From the NCBI RefSeq assembly GCF_003918875.1, contig NW_025767734.1, positions 372,001-436,000 of the forward strand: 64,000 bases of DNA, given 5' to 3'. The stretch's first letter is position 1, and each line of letters opens with the position of its first letter. Under the pieces are notes generated by a model that saw only the letters and a program-made list of their open reading frames with translations, made no database searches and had not been told where the DNA came from. Source of the stretch: Haliotis rubra (lineage: Eukaryota). Both the position numbers and the translations under genes were made by a program. Below are positions 1-12,000 of this stretch, piece after piece.

Positions 1-141
1 AGTTTAACTTCAATTTGTGATATTCTAGTTGTTTTACTGTCCTTCGTCGGCAGGTTTTTATAATATCTATAAATATTCTATTTCCATGTCAAATGTTCTC
101 GTCACGATATGGCTAAAATATTGCCGATGTGACGTTAAATA
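1..141 (+). mobile_element. 3' end of I-group/Nimb-like LINE
   Basis: gttttactgt...tcgtcacgatatggctaaaatattgccgatgtgacgttaaata matches the LINE tail at ~11190-11310. Confidence 0.65.
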
Positions 142-143
142 AT

Positions 144-310
144 GGGGCGGTGGGGTAGCCTAGTGGTTAAAGAGTTGGCTCGCCATGCCGAAGAACCGGG
201 TTCGAATCCCCACATGGGCACAATGTGTGTAGCCCATTTCTGGTGTCCCCCGCCGTGATGTTGCTGGAATATTGCTAAAAACGGCGTAAAACCAAACTCA
301 GTCAGTCAGT
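144..310 (+). mobile_element. tRNA-derived SINE, family 1
   Basis: A box (tagcctagtgg), B box (ggttcgaatcc), tail gctggaatattgctaaaaacggcgtaaaac + (CAGT)n. A 27-bp tandem duplication of the end occupies 294-347. Confidence 0.85.
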
Positions 311-1279
311 ATTGTACACTAAACTCAGTCAGTCAGTATTGTACACTAGAGGTGAATGGTTAACCTTGTCATTTTCTTGACAATGAGTGTTTTCATTATT
401 CCTGTAATGTGTTTGATGATCATGTTGTTGACAAAATCAAATGAATAATGAATAAGCACTATTATCATTATAGGATATATATTGAATAACACTTTATAAA
501 AAAATAATTAATATGTAAAATTGTAAAACATATATAATCAAAAACGCTGTGTAATTTATCGACTGATACTGATTCAGATATTTCCACTCCTTCACAAACA
601 GGGAACAGTCCTTTTGAAGTGTGTAAAGTCCTTGCTACAAACAATTTTCAGGAAAAGCTGCAGAAAAACAGATCAAAACATAGACTTGTATAAGTTATCT
701 GCTCCACTGTTATCGATATCATCAGACCGATGTTCAGAGAAATAATAGACAATGTCATTTCCCAAGTTGAGAATCCTGAACAGTCATCATCTTACGCAAA
801 AAAACGAACCATGCTGTTCAAGGGGTTAATACAAGGGGAGTAATCCGTATCACTTGAAATAGATGCGTCAGTAAAAAAGTGGCGAACCTTACACAGTTCG
901 AAGAAGTGGATGAGGCTACACGACTGAAGATGGAAATACATTAGAGCTGATAAATTCTTTATTACCAATCGTAATAATTTTAAAACTACTTGTTTGATCG
1001 GCATTCTAGAAGTGGGTGATTCGGTAATGAAGCATGCAACTTTATAGATAAAGAACAATGTTGTTTTCCATAAATATAAAGTTGTATGCTTCGTAATAAC
1101 TAATAATTAGGAATTGTATGACTGGTAAACCTGCTGATCAGGTTTTCCCTAAAAATCAGGTCATACAAAATGAATACAAAATTGGAATTTCTCATAGAGT
1201 ATGTCCACGACAGCAATGTAGACGTGTTTGGTTTAATGATGATTTAATAACGATTTTTAAAAAATATTTTACTGACAAC

Positions 1280-1700
1280 GTCGTGGGGAAACTGCCTACG
1301 GGAAGTGGACAGGTATATTGGCGAGAGTGTATTGATGTCGGCCGCTATCTCCCATACCGGTAGAACAGCCAGACCTCTTGCACGTTTGGTGTAGACGCCG
1401 CGTGGGCGTCTTCGAATTGTTCTCGTAGATACACCTCTAGGTATGGTAAGGGTTGTAAGGACAGCTGGCTGGAACCTGTGTCGGAGCTGCGCGGTTCGAA
1501 TCCATCGGTCTTGACGTAGGGTCGTTACTGGTTGGCGACCACTACGGGGTCGTCCAATAATTTGATTGTTTTGCTGAAAATAGATATAAGTGTCAAATGG
1601 TGTTTCGTTGAATCGACGACCAACGTCACGCTGCAAGGGTAAAGACTTAAGCATTGCTCTTTATCTGTAAGTTTCCCTGAGCAATGGTCCACTATTCATC
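1280..1700 (-). mobile_element. Tc1-like transposase remnant (N-terminal HTH region)
   Basis: ORF 1244-1654(-): RPRSGRQPVTTLRQDRWIR...LRHRF...STRTIRRR is a typical Tc1 paired-like domain. Confidence 0.75.
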
Positions 1701-3190
1701 AGTCCAGTGATGGTAACACACAAAATGCGGTGAAACTTATATGAATAGATCACTGAAAATCAGATATATATTCGTTTTAGTATTGCCAACTTGTCTTCAA
1801 CCTTTAAAGGTGGGGATGTATCTGAGATCACCATGTTATTAGTAAATTAGCTCCTATTGTAATAAAGTAGTTTTCATCCATATATTCTTATCCTTGATAC
1901 CTGAGACGACATAATATATTAGTCACACTTTAGCCCTATTCGATAAATCAGCACGCATATGCATTCGCATGCTTTAATACACTACATATTGACATGAACA
2001 TGACTATACATTGCCATGACATAACTATGGACGACGTGACTTTGCAAAGAGAAATACGTAAGTCAATGTCTAATACAGTGCACGGTGATAGGAACAAGGG
2101 AATTTGTTACTTGTATCTCAGGCATCAAGAGTGGCAGAAATCGCAATCAGTCCTTTATTAAATATGAACGAACTGTTTCGAAACGAATCAGTAATTTCTT
2201 TGTCCCTGTTATTGAATAGCTCCGCATTGTCTGATCAAATCGCTTACCCGATGTAGTCATATTCCAGTTTCATTTCAATCATCTTTAGAATGTGGCCTTT
2301 TCAGCAATTATTAATTTCTTGTAACTTATTGTGAACAACACTGATGACATTTTCCAGACCGATATCCTATTACCAGATCACAATTCTACGATTTCAAGTT
2401 TATGACATTCTTTACAAATGCCCAATCCCGTATGACGTTCGAACTTAAAAATTGAAAAATGAAATATATTCATATTGTCCCTAATAATTATGTATTAGCA
2501 ATCATAAATCGACAGATCCGTATGCAAAAATGTAAAACACATAACGCCTTATATTGATTCAGACAATATAATTTTGTCGATTGGAAGTGTTGCATTTACA
2601 TTTTGAGCGACTGACTCAAATTGGTAACTTGTGGTGGAAACTTATGCCATTAATTTGGAAAACTGACTGGAATTAAACGCAGTGGACTATAACGGTCTTC
2701 CCTAAAACTCTTTTAATATTAAAGTCACTAACATTAAATTTGAAAAACGTATTTAACACCATAGGTGACACGATATATGGTAACACTACACATGATTGAT
2801 GTCATTCAAGCACATTGATACATTAAACAAATTAGAGAGAAATCCCATTTTTATCATGTCGTATAAACAATGGGTGTAAACTTAACCTCGTACGAAACCC
2901 AACTAGTTCAAGCAATACATAAGCAAGAGTTTGGTGATTCCAGCCTTTGTAATTACACAATGGTGTCTTCAAAAATAATAAAACTCAAAGGCAATTACAC
3001 TTATATAAGCAACATTCTCGCAGTGAATTTGGTTCTAAATGAATTAGTTTGTCACAAACACGTTTTTAAGCCTGATTGTTCGGAATCGTTTAAATTCAAA
3101 GGTTTTCGCTTCTTATGCGTTTGATATCTAAACTTGTAGTTAGGACAAATGGCCATGCATCGAGTGCATTTGGATTTAGAAACTTTAGAA

Positions 3191-3361
3191 AGACTGACTG
3201 ACAGAGTTTAGTTTTACGCCGCTTTTAGCAATATTCCAGCAATATCACGGCGGGGGACACCAGAATTAGGCTTCACACATTGTGCCCATGTGGGGAATCG
3301 AGCCAGGGTCTTCGGCGTGACGAGCCAACGCTTAAACCACTAGGCTACCCCACCGCCCCTG
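3191..3361 (-). mobile_element. tRNA-derived SINE, family 1
   Basis: Reverse complement of family 1; 12-bp TSD gaaactttagaa. Confidence 0.9.
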
Positions 3362-5726
3362 GAAACTTTAGAAGGAAAATTTTAGAGATACCATACAGAT
3401 TTCACTTCAGTAGACGGCCTAAGTTGTAAGATACACGTTACTGCCTCCAAATATCCATTAAGCTCTTGCCACTTTCCGATGACCTGTTGACCCTACTTGA
3501 GTCCCCGAGTCACCACCCCTGAGAGCAAACATCGACAACTATATGTGACATAGTTGGGATAAATATGACTTCAATCGAATCTCAATCAGGGTTTAAGGTT
3601 ACCACTCTCAAGGCCTCAGTTAAGCTTTTGTTTATGACAGGTGACCTTGGTGGGGCAGGCATACCATTATTAATGCATAGTATCATCACTGTTTGATCGT
3701 GATCCATAAACACATGCTCATAGTCAGATTAATACAATGGACTTGAGCAGAGATTTCTAATAGATGTGGAAAGGCTTTAATCACTTTACATTTCTGATTT
3801 CCGTGCTCATAAATGTAAACTGCTATTGACTCAGGTCAGGTCTCAGGACACTAAGTCGGATGTTATTCGGGGTGAACAAAATGCATTCTCAATCCAGTGA
3901 CTTGTCGAATCTTAAGGGTAAGCTTTGTCCCCAAAGTATAATTTACGTCAATAAGTAATCAAATGTCTACGTAAGAAAATAGACAGTCCGGATTCTCCTA
4001 CGGAACAGACTCCATTAAGAAAGAGTGAAACATCAATCGTTATGAATCGTTGTGTTAGTAAAAAACAAAGCAGTTCATATTATACTCTGACTCATATTTT
4101 AAGTTTCAGTCCGAGCATAAATAATTGACTTTATGGCACTCAAATGACCTAAAAATAAGAATGGTGAAACGATGCAGTCAAAGATTATGTAACAGGGACG
4201 ACAGATACCCAGACACACTTCAAGATGGCGTAAAAACAGTACCATTTCCTAAAGCGTGAAACGAGAAGTGTCTATTATGGATCCAACTTCATGGTCGAAT
4301 ATAAACTGCACCAGACTTGTTTGCACAAAGTATTTTTGTCCATGAAATAGACTATGTGAAACTTCGAATGCATTCGTCCAATGTCACTAGATTCAAGTTC
4401 TATTTGAATCTATCAACCACTGTCCCCACTATTCATAACGTACTGATGACTCAATATTGCTTCACTTTTCATAATTTTCGTTATAGTACAGCATGAAATG
4501 TAAAGCATGAACATATTATAAATATTATACAACGTTTGTGTAGACAGGGGTAAACATGGTCATTCAGGCTACTCAGGTGCTAAGTGCATCATTACTATTT
4601 ACTTGAATGTGATGTACTGAAAATTGAAATTCGAGTAATAATTCGAGACAAGATTGTGCATGATCAGCAAGATTATATTTATTTTACAGATATCTTTTCC
4701 AACCTGTTGTGAACAAATTATTATTTAGTACCCAAAAGTTTACTGTATTGTTTGAAGATGTCTAGTTTTAGTGCAAATTATATTTACTAGTGTCTGTTAA
4801 ACGGAAATATTTCATTTATTGAAATAACTTAGTTACCTGCATTCTGCCAGTGTATTAGTTACTGGTCTGTTTTCCTGTGGTTTCAGGCTGACAGAAACTA
4901 GATGACGTACATCAACAGGGTGTATCTTCCAGCCACGTAGCATGCTCCACTGCACTGGTAGAGATGAAGATGTAGATGTAGAAACAGTTTTGTGGCACCT
5001 CAGTGAAACCTATCATCTGACACAACATGTGAACAGGAGCCACACGCTCTGGAGAAAAACTGATAATTGTTCAATGATTGGATAAAATATAGTCTTGAAA
5101 TGGTATAAGTGAAGTGCTTATCAAGGCGCTAAAATCGATATGGGACTACGATGTGGGTAAAAAAAGTGATAAAGCTTCTAAATCATCTTTCTACATATGA
5201 CGAGCAAAAAATATTAGGAAACATGCATATTTTGGGGATATTGTTTTGTTGTGAAGAACGAGCATGCAGTTGACAATAATCTCCCCCTAATATTCCTGAT
5301 CCCTTGATGATGTGTCAGTCTATTCTCTGCTCCATCTGGATCTAAACTGATTCGGTGTTTTACATTTTCTATTTTTATCAGTGGTTATTCTGTGATGTTA
5401 TACTGTAATGTTGCTTGTTATTATGAAACGGACCGGTGCTTTTATATATGTCAGGTAATTAGAGAATTGAAGGCAGTAATTTGTACCAGTACGGTTTGTG
5501 GCAAGTACGACTTTTAATGTACATGAGGAAACGTTTTCATAAAGAGAAATAGGTGACAGAAAAATCGGCAAATTTCACTCTTTCCCAGCCGTCCTGTTGT
5601 GGACATGTTTGTGCAAGGAAATGACAGCGGAGTGATGACTTCTTTCCTGGCAGGGCTGAGACATCTACACGGAGAGGGGAATTATATATGGTCTTATCTG
5701 TCATCACCACCCCTCACTATAGCGGC

Positions 5727-5859
5727 GACCCGTGAAGGTCCGGGTTAGAATATTGATCTTCAGTAACCCATGATTGTCGTAAGAGGCGACCAACAGGATC
5801 GGGTGGTCAGGCTCGCTGACTTGGTTGACACATCACATGTCATCGGTTCCCAACTCACT
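5727..5859 (+). mobile_element. SINE-like family 2 (GACCCGTGAAG head), internally deleted, upstream of gene A
   Basis: Head shared with 24718, 30119, 47696; TSD actatagcggc. Confidence 0.85.
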
Positions 5860-6048
5860 TACTATAGCGGCTTAGGTGAACACGTGTTTCAACATGAATT
5901 AACTTGAGAAATAAAGACGAAATGTGACCAGGCATACACATGCGCAGATACACTCATTAATCTGCATGATATTAAAGCAATAGAACTATAGAACACAACA
6001 CAGACATAGTGAACAGGTGGCAGAGTCGGCGGTTTATAAGGGGAAAGG

Positions 6049-9000
6049 ATGGCAGTCAAAACTTCTTCAGTTGACCAGGTTCTTGATGCACTGGGAGGTG
6101 CAGGACGGTACCAGCTGTTTCAGTACTTCGTGTGTATGTTGTCGGCATTGTCAGCGTCCTTCCAGCTTCTCAACATCGTGTTTGTGGGTATGTTGATGTG
6201 TATTTAGTAACATTATCAATACTCAAGCATCATACGTGTAACTGACTCTGTTAACATACAATATAGAAATAGTAAAGTTTCAGAAAACATCAGAACCCAA
6301 GATATCCAGGGAGTCATCGTGGCTGTCATCACTGATGGACTGTGCACTCTCAGATTCCGCGGAACGTGACCACATCAAGTCCCATGTTAACTCATTCCCT
6401 GATCGTCTTGGTGTAGAGACATTATTAACAGAAGACAATTTGCTCGTTTTTAACGCTGTAGTTGTCTACTCAGAGAGATCATTATGGATTAGAAGAAATG
6501 GCCAGCTTTTGAGAAGTGCAAACGAATGTTTTCAACGATTGGCCCACAACGTTGCGATTATTGTGTTCGGCGCAGGACCCAAACCCGTTGCGATTGTTGT
6601 GTTCAGCGCTGGACCCACACTCGTTGAATGTTCAGCGTAAACTAACTGAGCGTTGCAGCCAGTGCAAGAGGCTCTCTGCGGCACATTATGTACAGAGATT
6701 ATGTGATGTGTTTCCATTGAGATGTACAGAGTTCTGTTATACTATCTCACTGGCTTCCTGTACATACTATATATATTGCTCGTAATCATATTCACCTCAT
6801 GAAGGGGTAAGAATTAGCCCAAAAACGTCGTGTTGTAAATATCAAAGACGTTGTAAATCCATACCATACGTTGTTATGCTACCTTCCAACTTCTAAATGC
6901 CCATCAAGCATCTGAATATTCCATTGTTAGTCACAGTAACAGATGGGATGTGTTTGAGTGAGGTGTTGTTGTCTCAAGCTGGAAACCTGTTTTATTTATA
7001 AACTGTCAAAATCAGCAGATTAAATCACGAATATCGAAAGTTTAACTAAGTGATGCAATGGTTCGTGTAAGATGGGTGCTACCAGTCTGGTATCCGTTTG
7101 AGAAAGATCTTGTGTCAATTCAATGTTCTGCAGTGATCCAGTCATCTGATTTCGTTGCTTTTTGTCTCTCGCGCCCATTGGAATACGATCCAGCAGATCA
7201 TCGAGGCAGATGATTCTCTAGTGTTGGAAATTAACTTTAAGACGGACAATGCAATGGGATTTTAATTATAACTTATGGTAGGCCTTGTCATGCGTGGATT
7301 CACGTTACAGTTATCGTTGCAATTGTGGCATCACCCCACTTTATATAACCGATCAAGATGCAGCAGATATGGCATCTAAAACGGGAACATTGATCCTAGA
7401 TGACAGTCAGTACTAACCGATAAATAACATTAAATATCACTATGTACTTAAAATCCGCTGATTAAATCAAGAGTTCCTTCACACGAATACCTGTTATTGA
7501 TATCTTTGACAAAATATAGTCTCTGAATTCTTCATGTTGGCCACTTAGCACCTCATCAAACATCACTGATTATTGCCGGATACAGAAATATAGAGACATA
7601 CAATAACCATTTCCTTGGAATTATACTATAGACGCAGCTGGACGCCAACATGAACTATAGAGGTTTAGTGCAATCATTATAACCCAAATTATTGGATTTA
7701 CATACTCTTTATTTCAGTGTTTTTGTTTTGTAGGTAGACATGTGGCCCATACCTGCAAACAGCCGGTCAATATATCTGATATCTACCACGTCATTGACAA
7801 TGAACTCTATCAAGCCAACAACAGTAAGATCTACTTTGAGAAATGTAACATACGGGTTGAAGCCAACATTTCTGGCGATATCTCCACCTCCGATTTGTCC
7901 TGTATCTATGGTTACGAGTATGTGGAAGGGAAAGATACCTCGCTGATGTCTGATGTGAGTTGAAGGTTTTTAATCCTTTCAGTTTGCTTGGAAAGATTTG
8001 ATAACAACACTCTGACCATTAGGTTAATATTGTGATTAAAACCTGTGCTATGGTTTAACATTACATTTAGATACCACTTTCAGCGCTGAAACAGCTTTAA
8101 GGAATTTGTAATGTGTGAAAGTTAAAACAGTCTCAGTGCTACAGCTATTGTACGTCTTTGTTAAAGTATAGGATTTACAAATGTTTTAGGAGACAGCCAC
8201 TGTGATCATGAATAGTAATTACAAGTCTAAGTACTGCATGTCTATGTAAAAGTTTAGGCTACAACAATGTGTTCGCCTTAACTTTCATAACTCCAATTAT
8301 AGGCAAGTGCTGCAACTACCGGAACTTTTTGTTAAAACATACACGAGAACAGTTCAGTGCTACAACTGCAATATAGTAACGGTAATTCTGATTGCAGTCA
8401 CCATTTAATGTGGTTTTCGCCGCTTTCTTGCCATCTACATTTACATCGTCATATTTACAGATGGACATCGTGTGTGACAGAGCACATTTACGCGGATTTG
8501 CCCAGACGCTTCTCATCATAGGGCAGGGTATTGGAGCGTTCGTCCTTCCCGTCTTCTCGGACCATTATGGCCGCCGCCCTGTGCAGCTCTTGTCCCACCT
8601 TTGTTTTCTGGGATTGGGCGTGGGCGTCGCCTTCGCCCCTACCTACACCGTATTTCTTGTATTACGAGTGTTCTTGGGTTTTGTACAACAGGTAAATTTG
8701 ATCCTATTTATGCCCATGCCAAAATCATAGATTCCTCATTCGCGTTTAACTCGGAGGAATTACCAGAAACTTCAATGTAACTCATCGGCACTTCTAAAGC
8801 TATGGTCTTAACGCATTAGAACATAAACGAAATAGTACCACTTCAGATGACATGTCTTCTGCCACTTAATATGAAGTTTACGTCTTTTGTAGGGAATAGT
8901 ATTGACGAAAATGACAATAAGCATTGAGATGTTCCCCTCTCGTCATCGGAAGCTGAGTGGCCTCTTTGGCTCTATAATGTGGACGTTTTGCACCGCATCC

Positions 9001-12000
9001 ATCGCCCTGATCGCCTACCTGATGCAGACCTACTCCTGGAGAATTACACAGCTTGTGTACTGTTCTGTGTCCTTATACGTCTTCGTCCAGTTCTTGTGAG
9101 TAATTGCACCTCTGTGAGCTTTCTGCTAAAACGCGATTTACCTTTTCTTGAAAGCGTTTCAGTAATGTCTTGATTCTGCTGCCTGATCCTCACCGGACCG
9201 CCATTATTCCCTACTGGAACTATTATTGTAAGGGACCAACTATCGGTTACACTTACTTTTGGTTGTCAGTCCAAATTTGAAGAGGTCATCATGCGACGAT
9301 TTGGCACTGGCCATACAAGATATACACATGAGTATTGATTGAAAGGTGAAGATGCTCCGTTTTGTATCCCTTGTGATGGGAGAATCACAGTCACTGCTTG
9401 ACTGCGTTGATTTTTTCATCAGAAGGGATAAATAATGTCAAAACAGTTCAGGATCGTTTTAACGTTAATCATCATTTAATTATTGCAGTTTTAAAAGAAA
9501 TTGAATTGTTACATAAATTTTGATAAATGATTTGTAAATAGATACATATTCTATTATTGGCAGTTTGATTAGCAGCTGAGATTGTGAGTGACTGTATCCT
9601 CACAGGGGTTGAAGTATTGTTAAATTATTGTCCTCCTGTGGGGGTAATGAATAATAATAATGTGTCCATTTATATAGCGCCAAACTCCACACTAGGTATG
9701 CTCATAGCGCTAACAATCCAAGGCCATTATTACCCCGGATAACCCAAGCTGCCTGTTAGGCGCTAGAAGGTTATAGTCATATGACTTTTTTTCCACCGGG
9801 TACCCATTTTCCTGCTGGGTGAACAGAGACAATTTTGAACAAACTCACTTGCCTAAGGTGAGACCACATGTGTTTCGTTGTGGGGCAGGACTCAAGTCCT
9901 AGAAACTCTCAGGAGTCAAGCTGCCAAACACGGTCACCCATCCAAGGACTCTCCGAGCTCGACGCTGCTTAACTTCACCGATTTGTGACCTGAGCTTTAA
10001 GCACAGGACCACGCGCCACCACGTTATTTCCAAAACATTCAAGGTAAATCCAACATACCGTATTTTGAGAACGGAGTATTTTTGTGTTTTTAAGTTATGG
10101 CTAAATTTAACTACAATCACCAGCGGCTGAGGGGATGATATAAATCCGTCTAGGGTCCATGCAGGTAGCCCATGTACTATAAGTACTATAAGTCCCCATG
10201 GTATGGTGATCTACCTTCAGTTGCTGGTGATCTATAGCCCGTTTATATACTATCCAAAAAAAGAAACGCATAGGCGTTTTGTATTTGAAAAAATCTATTA
10301 ATTACCAATTGTGTTCAAACAATCGTCAAAATATGTAACAAACGTGTTGATAACATGATGTTACACAGTTGCACAAGTGAAAAATCGACTTTATCTGAAA
10401 ATGTTGATTTAGATGAGATTTCTTGCAAGAATTAAGAAGGCATCGCCACAACGCAACATAAATCACGTTCAAGTTGAATTGTGCAGCAAAGAGCATGCAC
10501 TGTCAGACTATAAAAATCCAGATTAATACGGAAATCGGCATTCGTTTTGAAGGAGTTTCAAGGTCAAATCACTATGCCAGGCGTTGACGCTGCGACACGG
10601 AACATCGCCATTGAAAGAATGCACGCTGGAGATTAACAATTTTCTGTTGCCAGGCGTCTAAATGTTAGTCTGAGCACGATATCACTGCTTGCAGCTCGTT
10701 ACATCCAAACAGGTATAACAAATGGCGTTCAGGCAGACCCGTTGAGGCAGACCTCCAGTCACCACTCCAGCCCAAGATCGGTACATCCGGGTACTACATT
10801 TGCGTGATCGTACTGCCACGTGTGAGAGCACAGCAGCCAGAGTGCCTGGACTTCGGAGGATATCCGGTCAAACTGTACGGAACAGGTTGACAGAGATTGG
10901 ACTGAGAGCCAGGAGACACGACGTCGGGACCATTCTACGTGGTCACCATCGCGCTTAAGTCTCCGTTATCTAAAATTATCCACTTGGTTGTATAGACATT
11001 GCCTTCTTCTAAACTGATGTAAAAGTTCATGTACTAGTCTATTCAGGACGAGTTATACATGTTTGAAAATACAACATTTTCGCAACAGATTTCTTGTTTA
11101 TGCGTTTCTTTTTTGGAATAGAATATATTTTATTGTCTTGCATTATAGTATAGGTTTTTAGTTACTTGCTAGTATCTTTGATAGACTAGAAGTTTTACTG
11201 TTCATCGTAAACAGTTTTATAGCTTCTAATGGCATTGATCTTTACTGATAATTAATTGTTGTCGTCACAATATGGCTGAAATATTGCCGAAGTGACGATA
11301 AATATAAACTCACTCACTCACTATTATTGCTTAACACATGAACTGTTCATGCCTTAGATATGTTTCATTTCACCTAGGAACCGTTCATAATTTATGGCAT
11401 GGGGGTGATGATGATTTTTCTGGGGATGCATGTAGAATGTGAATTACCTCCACCCACCCACCCCCACCCTACATATTTTGTACATAAGTGACCCCCTGCA
11501 TGTCATGTACAAAATGGGTGACAAACCCACCCACCCCACCCCTACTTAAAATCATCGTCATCCCCCTAGCCATAAATTATGAACGGTCCCCTAGTACCTT
11601 ACAATTGTTCAGATAACATACCATATTTTACATTTGCTGTCGAATGACGGAAAGATACGACACCGGTTAGGACAGCCAGACCCTTCTTATTGTCACACAT
11701 TGTATAATTTAACAGAAAGAGATCCTATTCATTAGAGGAACTCCTGACATGCTAAATGATACAGATCTATTGTTCCAACAGGCACATGTATTGCATTATG
11801 GTTCCCCGAACACCTGTAATGGTTGTTACTTTCATTCTACCAATTCCAGCTTACTGGACGAGTCTCTGTCCTGGTTGATCACCAACAACAAGACCAAGCA
11901 AGTCACTAAGAATCTCAAGAAAGCAGCTCGCATCAGCGGTAAGGACTATCAAACAGTTTTGAATGTTTACAAGAACATACAGAAACAACAGGAATCTGAG

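Larger units (their letters stand above)
9234..11319 (+). mobile_element. 5'-truncated I-group/Nimb-like LINE with nested insertions, intron 4 of A
   Basis: Decayed ORF2 C-terminus (SKFEEVIMRRFGTGHTRYTHEY*LKGEDAPFCIPC), 3'UTR, tail gctgaaatattgccgaagtgacgataaa + (ACTC)n; flanked by TSD actattattg. Confidence 0.75.

Noticed and set aside
144-222. tRNA genes at SINE heads (also 16973, 61345)
   Set aside because: The tRNA-like parts continue into SINE bodies and tails, most with TSDs.
9925-9985. 5S rRNA gene
   Set aside because: Only ~55 nt of diverged similarity, embedded in a SINE.
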